Made by a program: the position numbers and the translations under genes. The notes beneath the pieces are model-generated. The model did no database searches, was not told the origin of the DNA, and worked only from the letters and a program-made list of their open reading frames with translations. A stretch of DNA of 64,000 nt from Chiloscyllium plagiosum (Eukaryota): NCBI RefSeq assembly GCF_004010195.1, contig NC_057752.1, forward strand, positions 10,489,830 to 10,553,829, given 5' to 3'. Below are positions 1 to 12,640 of the stretch, one piece after another. Every line of letters begins with the position of its first letter. The stretch's first letter is position 1.

Positions 1-260
1 ATGGGGAGAGACATAAAGGGAAATAGAGAGTGACAGAAACAGAGGGATGGGGAGAGACATAAAGGGAAAGAGAGAGTGACAAAGGGAAAGAGAGAGTGAC
101 AGAGACAGAGGGATGGGGAGAGACATAAAAGAGAAGAGAGAGTGACAGATACAGAAAGACAGAGTGGGAGGAGAGACAGGTAGAGGAATAGAGAGACAAT
201 GTGAAAGAGAGAGGCAGAGATACTGACAGGGTGAGAGAAAGTTTGTGTGAGGGTGAGAGA
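1..260. repeat. GA-rich low-complexity/degenerate tandem repeat
   Basis: Repeated ATGGGGAGAGACATAAAGGGAAAGAGAGAGTGACAGA-like units decaying into (GA)n-rich sequence. Confidence 0.85.
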
Positions 261-544
261 GATTCTCACATTTTTAGGGTCAAGCTTTACAGTTTAGAAT
301 GGAGGAATTGACAAATAATTAATCGAGTTCATAATAAAGATTGAAACTACAACAAAAAAGCAACACAACACACCTGCAATGAGAAATAATATATTTAAAT
401 GTTTTGACAATAACAACCCTTTATAAGAAATTAATGTTGATTGATAAACAGGGCCCTTTAGGAAGATTCCAAACAAAAGGACACACGGTGGATATTGTAA
501 TCACAGAAAGACTGAATTTCATCTACTAGAACTCAGCCCCCACA

Positions 545-1000
545 TTTTAAACAAAACCGAAAATGCTGGAGAAGCTCAGAAGATCTGGTACCATTTGTGG
601 TGAGAGGAAGAATTAACATCTCGAACTCTTGCTTCGAACTGTGAAAAGTGAAAGATGCAGTCACTTCAAAGCGAAGGTAAAATAAACAAAAGGAAGGTCT
701 GTGATGGAGGGCAGGAGAGATTAAAGGACAGAAGGTGCCAAGCCCAACGGAGTGGTAAAGAGACAAGAGACAAATGATGTCTCTCCAGGAGGCTGCCATC
801 TGAAAGCTAAAGGAGAACAAGAGTAAAACCTGGAAAGGAAAAGGAAGCAAAATGTTTGAACTCAGTGCTGAGACTGGAAGGCTGTAGAGTCTAAGTCCAA
901 GGTGAGATGTTGTCCCTTAAGCTTGTGTTAGGCTTCATTGAAACACACAGGCTGAGGATAGAGGGGCCAACATGACAGCAAGGTGGAAAATTAAATAAAT
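545..1000 (-). mobile_element. Degenerate Penelope-like element fragment (terminal repeat plus adjacent sequence)
   Basis: AAATGCTGGAGAAGCTCAGAAGATCTGG resembles the PLE terminal repeat at 55510-55660 and 25430-25610. Confidence 0.45.
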
Positions 1001-1548
1001 TTTCCAATCCACCTGCAAAAGCTCCTGAAGAGATTTTGTGCATATGATCATCCAACCATATGATTTAACCAACTCATCACATATAGCAAACATGATTGTC
1101 ACTGTCACAAAACGTAACCCTTCTTGTCATAATACTGTTGATTTATAATAAGTTCATTGTCATGGCAACATTTTTTGATTGGTTCAGAGTTATTCTGTTG
1201 CAAGACAGGCAACAAAGTTGAAAGTAAAACTGAAAAAGAAGGCTGATGATGTTTGCCAGCAGCAAGATTCAGTTACTAACCAGCAACATTTTGAACATGT
1301 TAGAGGGAATTGAAGAGGTTAATAGAGGAAGCAGAGAGAGTATGAGAAAAGATTAGCAGACAACATTAAACTGAACCCTAAAACATTTGCCACTTACTAA
1401 CCAATCAATACTTTCTTCTCAGGTACTACAAATTGTTGTTCCCTGTGATTGGCATTCTTGTGATTCTGCCCTGTTGAGTCAAAGATAGAAAGCTTCACTT
1501 GTACCTCTTTCTTTCAATAATACCTAACAAATTTTGCCCTTTACAATT

Positions 1549-1713
1549 ACAACATTTAAAAGGCATCTGGATGGGTACATGAATAGGAAGGGTTTAGAGG
1601 GATATGGGCCAAATGCTGGCAAATGGGGCTAGATTAATTTAGGATATCTGGTCAGCATGGATATGTTGGACCGAAAGGTCTGTTCACGTGCTGTACATTT
1701 CTATAACTCTGTG
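1549..1713 (+). mobile_element. CR1 LINE 3' end
   Basis: Near-identical to the CR1 3' ends at 5220-5385 and 41565-41730 (ACATTTAAAAGGCATCTGGATGGGTACATGAATAGGAAGGG...). Confidence 0.9.
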
Positions 1714-2560
1714 ACATTTTCCAAACATGAAAATGCAAGCAGTTAACTGGAGAGAATGTTGGACCTATTTAGAATCTCAGGTATAATGGTAGAGGCTGTG
1801 GTAAAGGTATTAAATTAATGTTTTGCATAAGTTTTCACAAAGGAAGTGGATGATAAAAAGTTTACATGAAAAGAGGGGGGCAAGTTTTGGACAAGATAAT
1901 AACAGAGACAGACGGTGTACTAAAATGCCTATTACTGAACGTTGGAATGCCACCTGGTCTGAATGGAATGCATCCCAGGCTCCAAAAAGAAGCAAAGGTA
2001 GACAGCACAGAGGCACTGGTCACAACCTTTCAGGCCTCATTGGAATCAAGAGCAGCGCTGGAAGAGAGGAGAATTGCTAATGTTATATCACCATTGAAGC
2101 AAGCAGAATAAACCAGGTAATGACATGCCAGTAAGCATCACATCAATGGGAGGAAAGTCATTGGAAATCATTATTTGGAACAAAATAAACTTTCATTCAG
2201 AAAATAATGAATTAATTGAGCATAATCAGCATGGATTTGTTCAATAAAAATTATGTCACACTTAATTGAATTCTTTGTTGGGGCAACACAGAAGGTTACT
2301 CAAGGTAGTGCAGTAGATGTTGCAAATCTGCACTTTTGGGAGGCATTTGATAGGAGGCGAATTAAGATGATGAAAGTCTTGACTAGGTTTGCTGAAAAAT
2401 CCGTGCTAAGGGACCTCAGCATTATGACAGGTAGTTAGAAAAATCTGGCCTGCTCTCCTTGGTACAGAAAAAGGGAAGAGCTGACGAAATTGAGCTTTTC
2501 AAGATGATGTTTGATGCGGTAAACAGTGAAAACCTGTTCTCTCTAGTATATAAGAACTTA
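1714..2560 (+). mobile_element. Old degenerate CR1 ORF2 fragments
   Basis: Remnant peptides PPGLNGMHPRLQKE...IANVISP and LIEFFVGATQKVTQGSAVDV match CR1 RT N-terminal motifs; many stops. Confidence 0.7.
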
Positions 2561-2867
2561 AGAAATTGGAACAGGAGAAGGCCGTCCAGCAAGATCATGG
2601 CTGATCTGCCACAGGCCTCAACTCTTCTTTGGGGCCAGCTTTTCATATTCTCCAGGCATGTAGGTATCCACTCCAATAGTTCAAAACTCAAACTCACCTT
2701 TCAATACTTTCAGTGATCTAGTCGCCACAACTCTCTGAGGTAGAGATTTTCATTCATTTACTATCCTCAGAGAGAAGAAATTCATTCGCATCTTTGTCTT
2801 AAATGAGTGTCCCTTTGTTCTGGAATTATTCCCTAGTTTGAGATTCTTCCGCTAGTGGAAACATTGT

Positions 2868-3772
2868 CAGTGAACTTCCCAACTTCTGACGTTGTGATGG
2901 AGGGCAAGTCATTGATGAAGCAGCTTGGGTCTAGGACACTACCTTGAGGAACTCCTGCAGAAATGTCCTGGAGCTGAGATGACTGAGCTCCAACAACCAT
3001 GACCATCTTCCTATGTACCAGGTATGACTCTGACCACTGGAGAGTTTGCCCCCGGAATCCCATTGACTCCAGGTTTTCCAGGGTTCCTTGATGCTGCACT
3101 CTATCAAATCTAGCCTTTTTGTCAAGGCTTGTCCCTCTCCCCTTTCCTCTGGAATTCAGCTCTTTTGTTCATGTTTGAACCAAGGCTGTAATGAGGTCAG
3201 GAGCTGAGTGACCCTGGTGGGACCCAAAGTGGGTGTCACTGAGCAGGTTATTGCTGAACAGGTGCTGCTTGATAGCACTGTTGGTGACACCTTCCATCAA
3301 TTTCCTGATGACCGACTGATGGGGCGGTAATTGGCCGGGTTGGAATTGACCTGCTTTTCATGTACATGACATGCCCAGACCAGTTTCAATTTTGTTGGAT
3401 AGATACCAGTGTTGTAACTGTGCTGGAACAGCTTGGCTAGGGAAGCGGTAAGTTCTGGAGCACAAGTCTTCAGTACTATTGCTGGAATGTTGTCAGGGCC
3501 CATAGCCTTTGCAGTATTCAGTATCTCTAACCATTTCTTGAAATCACATGGAGTGAATCAAATTGGGCAAAGACTGGCATCTGTGATGTTGGAGACCACT
3601 GGAGGAAGCCAAGTTGGATCATCCACTCAGCAGTTCTTGTTGAAGATTGTTGTTGCGAATGCTTCATCCTTATCTTTTGCACTGAAATTTTGGGCTCTTC
3701 CATTATTTGTGGAGCCTCCTCCTCCAGTGAGTTGTTTAATTGTCCACCACCATTCAGACCTGGATGTGGCTT
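2868..3772 (-). mobile_element. CR1-group LINE RT fragment (same family as 43690-44640 and 55860-62300)
   Basis: MGPDNIPAIVLKTCAPEL...NPANYRPIS and AGVPQGSVL...FINDLP RT motifs on the minus strand, frameshifted. Confidence 0.85.
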
Positions 3773-4165
3773 TACCTGTTCCCAAGGGTGCCTGACCTGC
3801 TCCCACCACCACAAAAGGATCCTTGATCCCATCCCAAGAGGATACAGGATACCCTCCCAAAGGATCCCCGAAAGCCAACCTTAAGGTATCTTGGAAACCT
3901 ATCTGCAAGGGTATCACAGCTCTCCAAAGGAGTACTCTGGTTGTCCAAAACAAAAAGTGCTAAAAACATGTCTACTCTTACCTGGTCTATTCTCCACATT
4001 CCAGACACCAGGAATTCCAAAGATCTATTTCTGTGGAGACAGATTAATAAACTTGTTTTTTAATCAAACCAGAAATATTCAATACACATGCAACAACTTT
4101 TTAACATACACAGTCAGTTATAAAGAAGTAATATTGTTTATCTCTCTTATATCCCAAAAGCAAAC

Positions 4166-5385
4166 ATGGAAGAACACATTGTTGAGATATTTGTATCATC
4201 GATAGTCACAGGTGAGGTGCCGGAAGACTGGAGGTTGGCTAACATGTTGCCACTGTTTAAGAAGGGTGGTAAGGACAAGCCAGGGAACTATAGACCAGTG
4301 AGCCTGACGTCAGTGGTGGGCAAGTTGTTGGAGGGAATCCTGAGGGACAGGATGTACGTGTATTTGGAAAGGCAAGGACTGATTAGGGATAGTCAACAAA
4401 TGGTTTGTGCATGGGAAATCATTTCTCACAAACTTGATTGAGTTTTTTGAGGAAGTAACAAAGAGGATTGATGAGGGCAAAGCGGTAGATGTGATCTATA
4501 TGGACTTCAGTAAGGTTCCCCNNNNNNNNNNNNNNNNNNNNNNNNNNNNNNNNNNNNNNNNNNNNNNNNNNNNNNNNNNNNNNNNNNNNNNNNNNNNNNN
4601 NNNNNNNNNNNNNNNNNNNNNNNNNNNNNNNNNNNNNNNNNNNNNNNNNNNNNNNNNNNNNNNNNNNNNNNNNNNNNNNNNNNNNNNNNNNNNNNNNNNN
4701 NNNNNNNNNNNNNNNNNNNNNNNNNNNNNNNNNNNNNNNNNNNNNNNNNNNNNNNNNNNNNNNNNNNNNNNNNNNNNNNNNNNNNNNNNNNNNNNNNNNN
4801 NNNNNNNNNNNNNNNNNNNNNNNNNNNNNNNNNNNNNNNNNNNNNNNNNNNNNNNNNNNNNNNNNNNNNNNNNNNNNNNNNNNNNNNNNNNNNNNNNNNN
4901 NNNNNNNNNNNNNNNNNNNNNNNNNNNNNNNNNNNNNNNNNNNNNNNNNNNNNNNNNNNNNNNNNNNNNNNNNNNNNNNNNNNNNNNNNCTGTTTTCCCT
5001 GGGGCGTCGGAGGCTGAGGGGTGACCTTATAGAGGTTTACAAAATCATGAGGGGCATGGATAGGGTAAATAGACAAAGTCGGGGAGTCCAGAACTAGAGG
5101 GCATAGGTTTAGGGTGAGAGGGGAAAGATATAAGAGACCTAAGGGGCAACTTTTTCACACAGAGGGTGGTACGTGTATGAAATGAGCTGCCAGAGGAAGT
5201 GGGGGAGGCTGGTACAATTGCAACATTTAAGAGGGATTTGGATGGGTATATGAATAGGAAGGGTTTGGAGGGATATGGGCCGGGTGCTGGTAAGTGGGAC
5301 TAGATTGGGTTGGGATATCCGGTTGGCATGGACAGTTTGGACCGAAGGGTCTGTTTTCATGCTGTACATCTCTATGACTCTATGA
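4166..5385 (+). mobile_element. CR1 LINE ORF2 and 3' end, spanning a gap
   Basis: TGEVPEDWRLANMLPLFKKGGKDKPGNYRPVSLTSVVGK, LTNLIEFFEEVTK...DVIYMDFSK; ends in CTATGACTCTATGA tail. Confidence 0.95.
4522..4989. other. Assembly gap
   Basis: Run of N. Confidence 1.
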
Positions 5386-5779
5386 CACTTCAGGAGAAGA
5401 TTTTAAAAAATGACTTGCCTGCAAAGATTAGCTTTCTGAAAAATCATTTTGACCAATGGGTTATTCTTGAAGACAAAAAGATAAAGGGTGGAATATTCTG
5501 AACCCTGTTGCTCATGTTTTCCAGGATGCTAAGTCACAAATTATACACAGTTGACTCTGGCATTATTCAGATAAAGAATGCTGAGGAAATACAATGTTGA
5601 GCAGTTAGTTCAATCATTCTTCCAAAAGAACAAACAGGACAGGGAACATGGACCATGTTTGGTGGGGTGTGAATGAGGACCTAAGACGGTGAGGGATGTG
5701 TGGATGATTTATTTTGTTTTGTTTAAAACTTCACCACATTGCTAGAGTTTTGAGGCAGGCATTCCAGCCAGCCCACCTC

Positions 5780-6330
5780 TGCACTTATTCTGGGGTTGCT
5801 CAGCCCAATTTCCCGAGAATCTGCTCTCGTCCTCCTGCCATGAGCAAGTGAGAACAGCTTTTCCTTGTCTAATGAATCAAAGCCTGTCATCAGTTTGTAC
5901 ACCTGTCAATCTGTCTCCTCTCAATGTCTTTAGTCTAAAGGCATAAACAACACCCAGTTTCTCTAACCTAATCTTGTAGCAAAAACACACCAATTTTGGA
6001 ACCATTCTGGTAAATTTTCTCTGCACTGTCTCGAGGACCCTCACCTCCTTCCTAAAGTGAGGTGACCAGAACTGCATATAGTTCTCTCGTTGGGGGGGGG
6101 GGGTCTAACCAGAGTTCGATAAAGGTTCAGCAACACTTCCTTCTGTATTCAATGCCGCTATTTATAAAGCCCACATGATTTGCTAACCACACCCTCAATA
6201 TGGGCTGTCCCTGCATACTCTTTAGAACGGTGCCTTAAGGCTATATTGCCTCTCCCCATCCTTTCTAACAAAATGCATCACCTCACACTTCTCTGTATTA
6301 AACCTCATCTGCCCATTCTGCTAGCCTACC
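5780..6330 (-). mobile_element. CR1 LINE fragment
   Basis: QFWSPHFRKEVRVLETVQRKFTRMVP is a CR1 ORF2 C-terminal motif. Confidence 0.8.
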
Positions 6331-6343
6331 ACTGGATAGCTGC

Positions 6344-6558
6344 AGAGTTGAAGAATGTGGTGTTGGAAAAGCACAGCCGGTCAGGCAGCATCCGAGGAGC
6401 AGGAGAATCGACGTTTCAAACATTAGCCCTTCCAATGAAGGGTTTATGCTTGCAACATCGATTCTCCTGCTCCTCGGATGCTACCTGACCGGCTGTGCTT
6501 TTCCAACACCACACTCTTCAACTCTGATCTCCAGCATCTGCAGTCCTCACTTTCTCCT
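6344..6558. mobile_element. Palindromic PLE terminal-repeat insertion with 13-bp TSD
   Basis: Inverted arms; ACTGGATAGCTGC flanks both sides (6331-6343, 6559-6571). Confidence 0.85.
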
Positions 6559-6793
6559 ACTGGATAGCTGCTGGCAATTTGTATCCCCTTTTTTTGCCAC
6601 CCACCCATATTTGGTATCACTGGCAAATTTTCAAGTTATACACTGAATTCCAAGATTCAATTTCGCTATATATAGCTAAAAAGAAGGCTCTTGCACTAGA
6701 CTTTAAGGAAGTTATCTGACTATTATTTATTAATCCTAAAACTAACCTACAGCGACTGTTGATTCAGAAGCATTACAATAAGAAAAAGAAGTA

Positions 6794-7010
6794 CAGTCAA
6801 TTCTGCTATAACGTGGTAGTTCCTTTCTCATGCGACCCCATGTTATAAGAAAATTGTGTAATAGCAGCACCATTTGAACTATTGGGGCCGGAAACGTGTT
6901 ATAACTAATACATGCTTTGAAACTTTGCGCTTTAGAAGGTGTTCCCAATTTGTCAATCGTGTTATAGTGAATTTGTGTTAATGAAATGCATGTTATAGCA
7001 GAATGACCTG
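6794..7010. mobile_element. Tc1/mariner-pogo-type MITE
   Basis: Imperfect TIRs CAGTCAATTCTGCTATAAC / GTTATAGCAGAATGACCTG, TA dinucleotide on both sides. Confidence 0.85.
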
Positions 7011-7083
7011 TATGTAGAACACATCATTGTTTTAAATTGTTTGAAATGTTGTGGTTCTGTTCGCCGAGCTGGAAATTTTTGTT

Positions 7084-7123
7084 GCAAACGTTTCGTCCCC
7101 TGTCTAGGTGACATCCTCAGTGC
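7084..7123 (-). ncRNA. Minimal type-I hammerhead ribozyme motif (PLE)
   Basis: Reverse complement of the motif at 7671-7710. Confidence 0.75.
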
Positions 7124-7670
7124 TTGGGAGCCTCCTGTGAAGCGCTTCTGTGGTGTTTCCTCCGGCATTTATAGTGGCCTGTCCCTGCCGCTTCCGGTTG
7201 TCAGTTTCAGCTGTCCGCTATAGTGGCCGGTATATTGGGTCCAGGTCAATGTGTTTGTTGATGGAGTTTGTGGATGAGTGCCATGCTTCTAGGAATTCCC
7301 TGGCTGTTCTTTGTTTGGCTTGCCCTATAATGGTAGTGTTGTCCCAGTCGAATTCATGTTGCTTGTCGTCTGCGTGTGTGGCTACTAAGGATAGCTGGTC
7401 GTGTCGTTTCGTGGCTAGTTGATGTTCATGGATGCGGATCGTTAGCTGTCTTCCTGTTTGTCCTATATAGTGTCCTATATATAAGAACAGCCAGGGAATT
7501 CCTAGAGGCATGGCACTCATCCACAAATTCCATCAACAAACACATTGACCTGGACCCAATATACCAGCCACTACAGCAGACAGCTGAAACTGGCAACCGG
7601 AAGCGGCAGGGACAGGCCACTATAAATGCCGGAGGAAAGACCACAGAAGCGCTTCACAGGAGGCTCCCAA

Positions 7671-7710
7671 GCACTGAGGATGTCACCTAGACAGGGGACG
7701 AAACGTTTGC
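7671..7710 (+). ncRNA. Minimal type-I hammerhead ribozyme motif (PLE)
   Basis: gca-CTGAGGA-t-GTCaCCT agac AGGgGAC-GAAA-CG-TT-tgc: catalytic core, stem II and 3-bp stem I. Confidence 0.75.
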
Positions 7711-7793
7711 AACAAAAATTTCCAGCTTGGCGAACAGAACCACAACAACGAGCACCCGAGCTACAAATCTTCTCACAAACTTTGTTTGAAATG

Positions 7794-8460
7794 GCTTTTA
7801 CGTGTTTGCATTGTGATGATGCTGCTCCTTTAACAAGGTTATGTTGTCCTTGGTTTTTTCAAGTGGGCTTGTAAAAGGCAGAGGTTCCGATATGTCTGGG
7901 TGAGCGATCTAACAGATACTGTCCAAGGCAACAATCAGGGAAAAGGTGTTTAGATTTTACTTTAAAAGAGTTGTACAATGAAAGGGGAGCAGTCAGTTCT
8001 CCCAGTTCAGGGACTTTCCTAGTTTGGTTTAGAAACTGCTGGGGACAGAGAAGCAGCTCAGTGGAAAGAAGGTCCATGCTTCAACAAATGATCCCTGGCT
8101 GATCCTTTCTCCCTCCCTCTCTCTCTGACATCTCTCCTGTAGGAACCTGTGTTTGATTTTATCTTTTTTGCCAAGGGGTGTGTTTATGGAGATGTTGCAG
8201 GAAATTGGAACAGCATCATTAAGTTACGATACAGTCGGTTGGGTTTTCAGATAGGTTAAGTTATTCTATATTCTGTTCTCTTTTGTTCGCGTCTTATTTG
8301 GTAGTCTGTAAATAAATTCTGTTTTGTTTAAAACTGAGTGGTTTGAGCAGTTGCATCACTCCTGGGATATCCACCTTACCTCTGCCTAAAACAACAAAAA
8401 ACGTTAGGGTCTGTGTTACCTTCTTAAAATGTTTTGAGGGGGTCTGGCCTGGTCCATAAT
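7794..8460 (-). mobile_element. Probable solo LTR or LTR fragment
   Basis: Non-coding segment whose minus strand begins ATTATGGACCAGGCCAGACCCCCTCAAAAC, LTR-like from recall; termini not fully verified. Confidence 0.45.
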
Positions 8461-8689
8461 AGAATCAATTGTGGAAGGATTAATTCTAATTTTCTTGGTT
8501 AAGAAGAAATGAAGATCCATATGAACTGGTTACCCTTGATCTGGAAGCAATACCAACAGGAAGGGAGTTAGGATACATAGACTGTGTCATTAGACACAGA
8601 TAAAACAAAGTTACTGTTTTTAAGTAGATCAGCGAGCTGGAGGGTGAAGGCAATCAGCACACAGACACACACAGAGAAAGCAGAGACAA

Positions 8690-9900
8690 AAGGAACTCAT
8701 CAAATTCTTGTGGCATGATTGTCTGCTCTGTTAGTTCCTCAAAAAATTCAGTAAGGTTAGTGAAGGAAGGCTTACCTTTTTGAAATCTACCTTGACAATT
8801 CATTCTAATATTCTTCAGATCGCAATGTTCCTCTGTTGTCTCCTTTTGTAAGAATTCAATTATTTTCCTGCCAATGGCATTAAACTGGCCTATAATTTCC
8901 TGGATTTTGTTGCCCTTCCTAAATATAGAAACTATATTAACTATCTGTAACTCCCCTGTTAGTACTTCTTTTTTGAACAATGTATTAAATATGATTAGTA
9001 AGATCTCTGCTTTCTTTTCCCCAGATTGTATTAAAATATGTAGATGCAATCCAGCTAGACAAAAGGTTTTCTCCTTTTCAAGTTTGTATAGGAATAAGTG
9101 GGACATTTTCAGGTTGACCAGCTGAAACTATTGTAATATCAGAAGGATCAGTACTTAGGGGCCTTAGCCATTTGGGATCTATATGCATAAATTAGATGAA
9201 GAAACCAAGTGTAACATATTTGAGTCTGCTGATGAAACTAAGTTGTGTGGGAAAGCAGAAAAATAGAAATATAGAAAATAGGTGTAGGCCATTTGACCCA
9301 TCAAGCCTGTTTCACCATTCTGAACAGTCATGGCTGATTCTTTATCTCTACGCTATACTCCTGCTCTGTCTTCCCATACCCTCAGCACCTTTAGCCTTTC
9401 GAAATCTATCCACTCCTTTCTTAAGTATATTTGATGACCTGGCCTCTAGCGCGTTATGTATTAGAGAGTTCCACAGATACACCACCATCTGAATGAAAAT
9501 CTTTTCTCCTTATCTCATTTTGAAATGGCCCACCCCATATCCTGAGGCTATGACCACTTACTCCAGATTTCCAAACTTCAGTGAATACATGGCCAACCTT
9601 TCCTCATACAACAATCCTGTCATCCCGGGAATCACTCTGAACCAGTGAGGAAGATGCAAAGAGGCTGCATATAGGCAGGTTGGGTACATGACCAATGGAT
9701 AATAATGTGGCAAAGACTGCAGTTATCCATTTAAGCACAATAAACTTTAAAAAAACAAAGTATTTTTGAATAATGAAAGACTGAGAAATGTTTACACACA
9801 GAGGAACCTGGGTGTCCCTGTATATGAATCACAGAAAGTTAACATACAAATACAGCAAGCAAATAGAAAGCAAATGGAATTATGCTTTTGTTACAAAGGG
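8690..9900. mobile_element. Nested degenerate CR1 fragments (both orientations)
   Basis: Minus: FQKGKPSFTNLTEFFEELT; plus-strand RT remnants at 9130-9255 and 9640-9900 split by a minus-strand CR1 tail at ~9270-9640. Confidence 0.65.
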
Positions 9901-12379
9901 ATCATAGTAACAGTAAAGAATTTGTACCACAATTTGGTTCAGCTCCATCACAAGAGAGCCATTTTCCCAGGCTTGCTTGAACTGCTGCCATTTTTCTGCA
10001 GCATTTGTTATTGTGGATTTTGAGAGCTAATAGTGATCTAGAGCATGTCTTGATGCCATAGTGTTCATGCTTCAGTTGTGTCACCAAAATCGCAAAAGTC
10101 ATTTTAAACAATCACAACCATCCCTGCCATCATATGTTCAGACTTTCTTAAAAAGTCAACATTATAGTGTGCTATTTTGCTCTGCAGTTAAAAAAATGTT
10201 AACTTACTGTAGTTTCAGGAGCTCCACAAGTCTGCTGCTTTACTGGACTGTGCACTGTCACACAGGAGAAAGGAATCATCTGAGGAATCACTCAAATGCC
10301 AAGAATACACAGGAAACATGTGCCCTGCATAACACACCTTTGTTAAAATAATTTTTAAAATGGTATCTGGTTACACTAAACATGTGTAATCTGTTTCACA
10401 TTGTAAGTTTGCTCCATTATTCCTTTCAGAGAAACTTTTCACATTTTAATTTATGCTTCTCCTTTTATGGGTACTCTTCGTACCAGTTGTTAAACACTGA
10501 CAGTGAGTGCTAGCTGGCAGCACAAAGTTGGCAGCGTACTCCACGGACATTACTGATGTCGCTTTTTCATCAACTGCAGGCCACTGATCACAATCCATAT
10601 TCCTTTCTCTGTGGTAGCACCTAATGGACTCCTCGGCCCCGCAGTGCCGGACTTGAGGACTCAGGCTGAGGAATTATTTAGGTTGGTTTGTATCTCTCGG
10701 CTGTGATGTGGCATCTTAGCGCACTTAAAAGAAAGCCTTAAATACGTTTGGACGTGCAGTAATGTAGGTTTAATTTAAAACATGAGGATTCCAATGTCCG
10801 AAATTCCACTGTGATCTCAGATTTCATTCAGGATTCCAGCTGCAAGCCCAGAAGCAACCCAGAAACAATTCCATCAAGGAATGTTTTCAGCAGAAATAAA
10901 AGACGAAAATTTATTGCAGCCTGCGAGATTTTATCGCACTGACCAGACACTTGAAAATGAATACAGGATAGATGATGCCATAAATCATTTCAAAGACTCT
11001 TTCGCTCTGATTTTAACTCACTCTACTGCTGTTCTCCAATTGAAATAAGCTGAAACAGGTTGAAGCCAACTCCTAGTGGATATACATCCATTGCATGCAA
11101 TCTACGCTCCTTGGACCTTCCCTAGAAGTAACAATCACCAGACTAGGAACCTGAGTCCCAGGCTACTGTTCTGTGGACAGAAGTATACATAGTAGCAGTG
11201 AAATAAATTGAAATAAAAAAAATAGAAGCCTTAACAAACTCTTAAAAATAAGAAAAAAAAATGATAAGAAAAAAAATTAAGTAAAATAGGATTTTGTTTT
11301 TAATTTTTTAAATAAAGTTGGCTTTACATTGCACGTGTGCATGTAGAAAGAAAAATCAGAGGTGAGCATGTGTAGTTGAAATTTATCATCGGGTAGTTGG
11401 TGTCAACAGACTCTCTCATAATCCTTAGATGAAAGGCGATTAGGAATGGGCAACAAATACTGGTCTTGCTGGCAAATCCCAAAAGCCATGAAAGAATACC
11501 TCAAATATTCTCAGATGACAAGTTTATTGTAGTGTGGCTATTCATTTAAGGAGATATTAAGATGAGCAGTGAGGTATCTCCCTCAACAAATCTCAGTGAA
11601 AGTTGACATGATATATTTCAAGGGGAAGAAATTATTGCCATAATTGCATTTTGGATCATCCCTCAGCTTCCACTGTGGAGCAGGTAGCCACGTTGCCTAT
11701 GCTGTTGTGTGGATTTGGATGAGTTTTGTTCACTGTCTTGAAGGGAGGTTGAAACCAAAGACCTTTACTGTTGGCTCTGTAATGTGGTGCTGGCGCTTAT
11801 GCTGCATCCAGTCATCCATTTCATCCACCAGACCATTGGTCCAAGTTAGCTGAATATCTAGTGATGTTCCTGAGAATGACCAATTACATTTTCTATTTCT
11901 TGTTTATTTCAAGCCTTGTGAATAGAAAGGTCAGTGTTTCCAATTCATGTTTTCATATCACAGGAGCACCGACTATCCCAGATTTTCTGGGATCATCCCA
12001 TAATTGAGTCTTTGATCACAGCTCCTGCCTCACTGGAATGAGTTTTGTGCTGAATTTCTTCTGTCTCTTCAGGCCTTGTTGCAATGGGTGGTTTTTCATT
12101 TTTGGGGCTTCCTGTGGGTGTGCTCAGGGGTAGGGTCCAAACTGGCCACACAATAATCAGGGTAGCCCTTCCAAGGGCTCACCAGCATTCATGCCCTCCC
12201 CTGTCCCCAGTCTCACGTTGAACCCTTCACAGTGAAGTGCCCCTTACCTTCTTCATCCAGACTTGGTCACTCTGATGAAAAGTAGGCAAGGCACATTTCT
12301 GCAGCACATTTCTCTAAGGCCTGGTTACAATGCAAAGTGTTTTACCTCTCCTCTATGACTACCCAGCCCAATTCTCACA

Positions 12380-12640
12380 GTATTGTAGTAATGTCAAAAT
12401 CTAATCCAGAGGCCCAGGATGATGCTCTGGATTCAAATCCCACTGTGGTACCTAGTGGAATTTAAACTTGATTCATAAAGATCTGGAATTGAGAGCAAAT
12501 CCCAGTAATAGTGACTGAGAACCTACCACTAGGGAAGGCAATCTGCTGCCCTTACCTGGTCTGACATCCATGTGACTCAAGGCCCTCACCAATGTGGTTG
12601 ATTCTTAGCTGCCCTCTGAAAGAAGTGAGCAAGCCCTGCC
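12380..12640 (+). mobile_element. SacSINE1-like Deu-domain SINE (degenerate)
   Basis: GGAAGGCAATCTGCTGCCCTTACCTGGTCTG...AATGTGGTTGATTCTTAGCTGCCCTCTGAA, shared with 43255-43345, 53440-53520, 55690-55780. Confidence 0.6.

Larger units (their letters stand above)
7049..7781 (-). mobile_element. Penelope-like element 3' part (GIY-YIG endonuclease) with inverted duplicate
   Basis: YIGQTGRQLTIRIHEH...REFLEAWHS..SINKH; 7484-7745 is an inverted copy; flanked by direct repeat TTGTTTGAAATG (7037-7048, 7782-7793). Confidence 0.92.
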
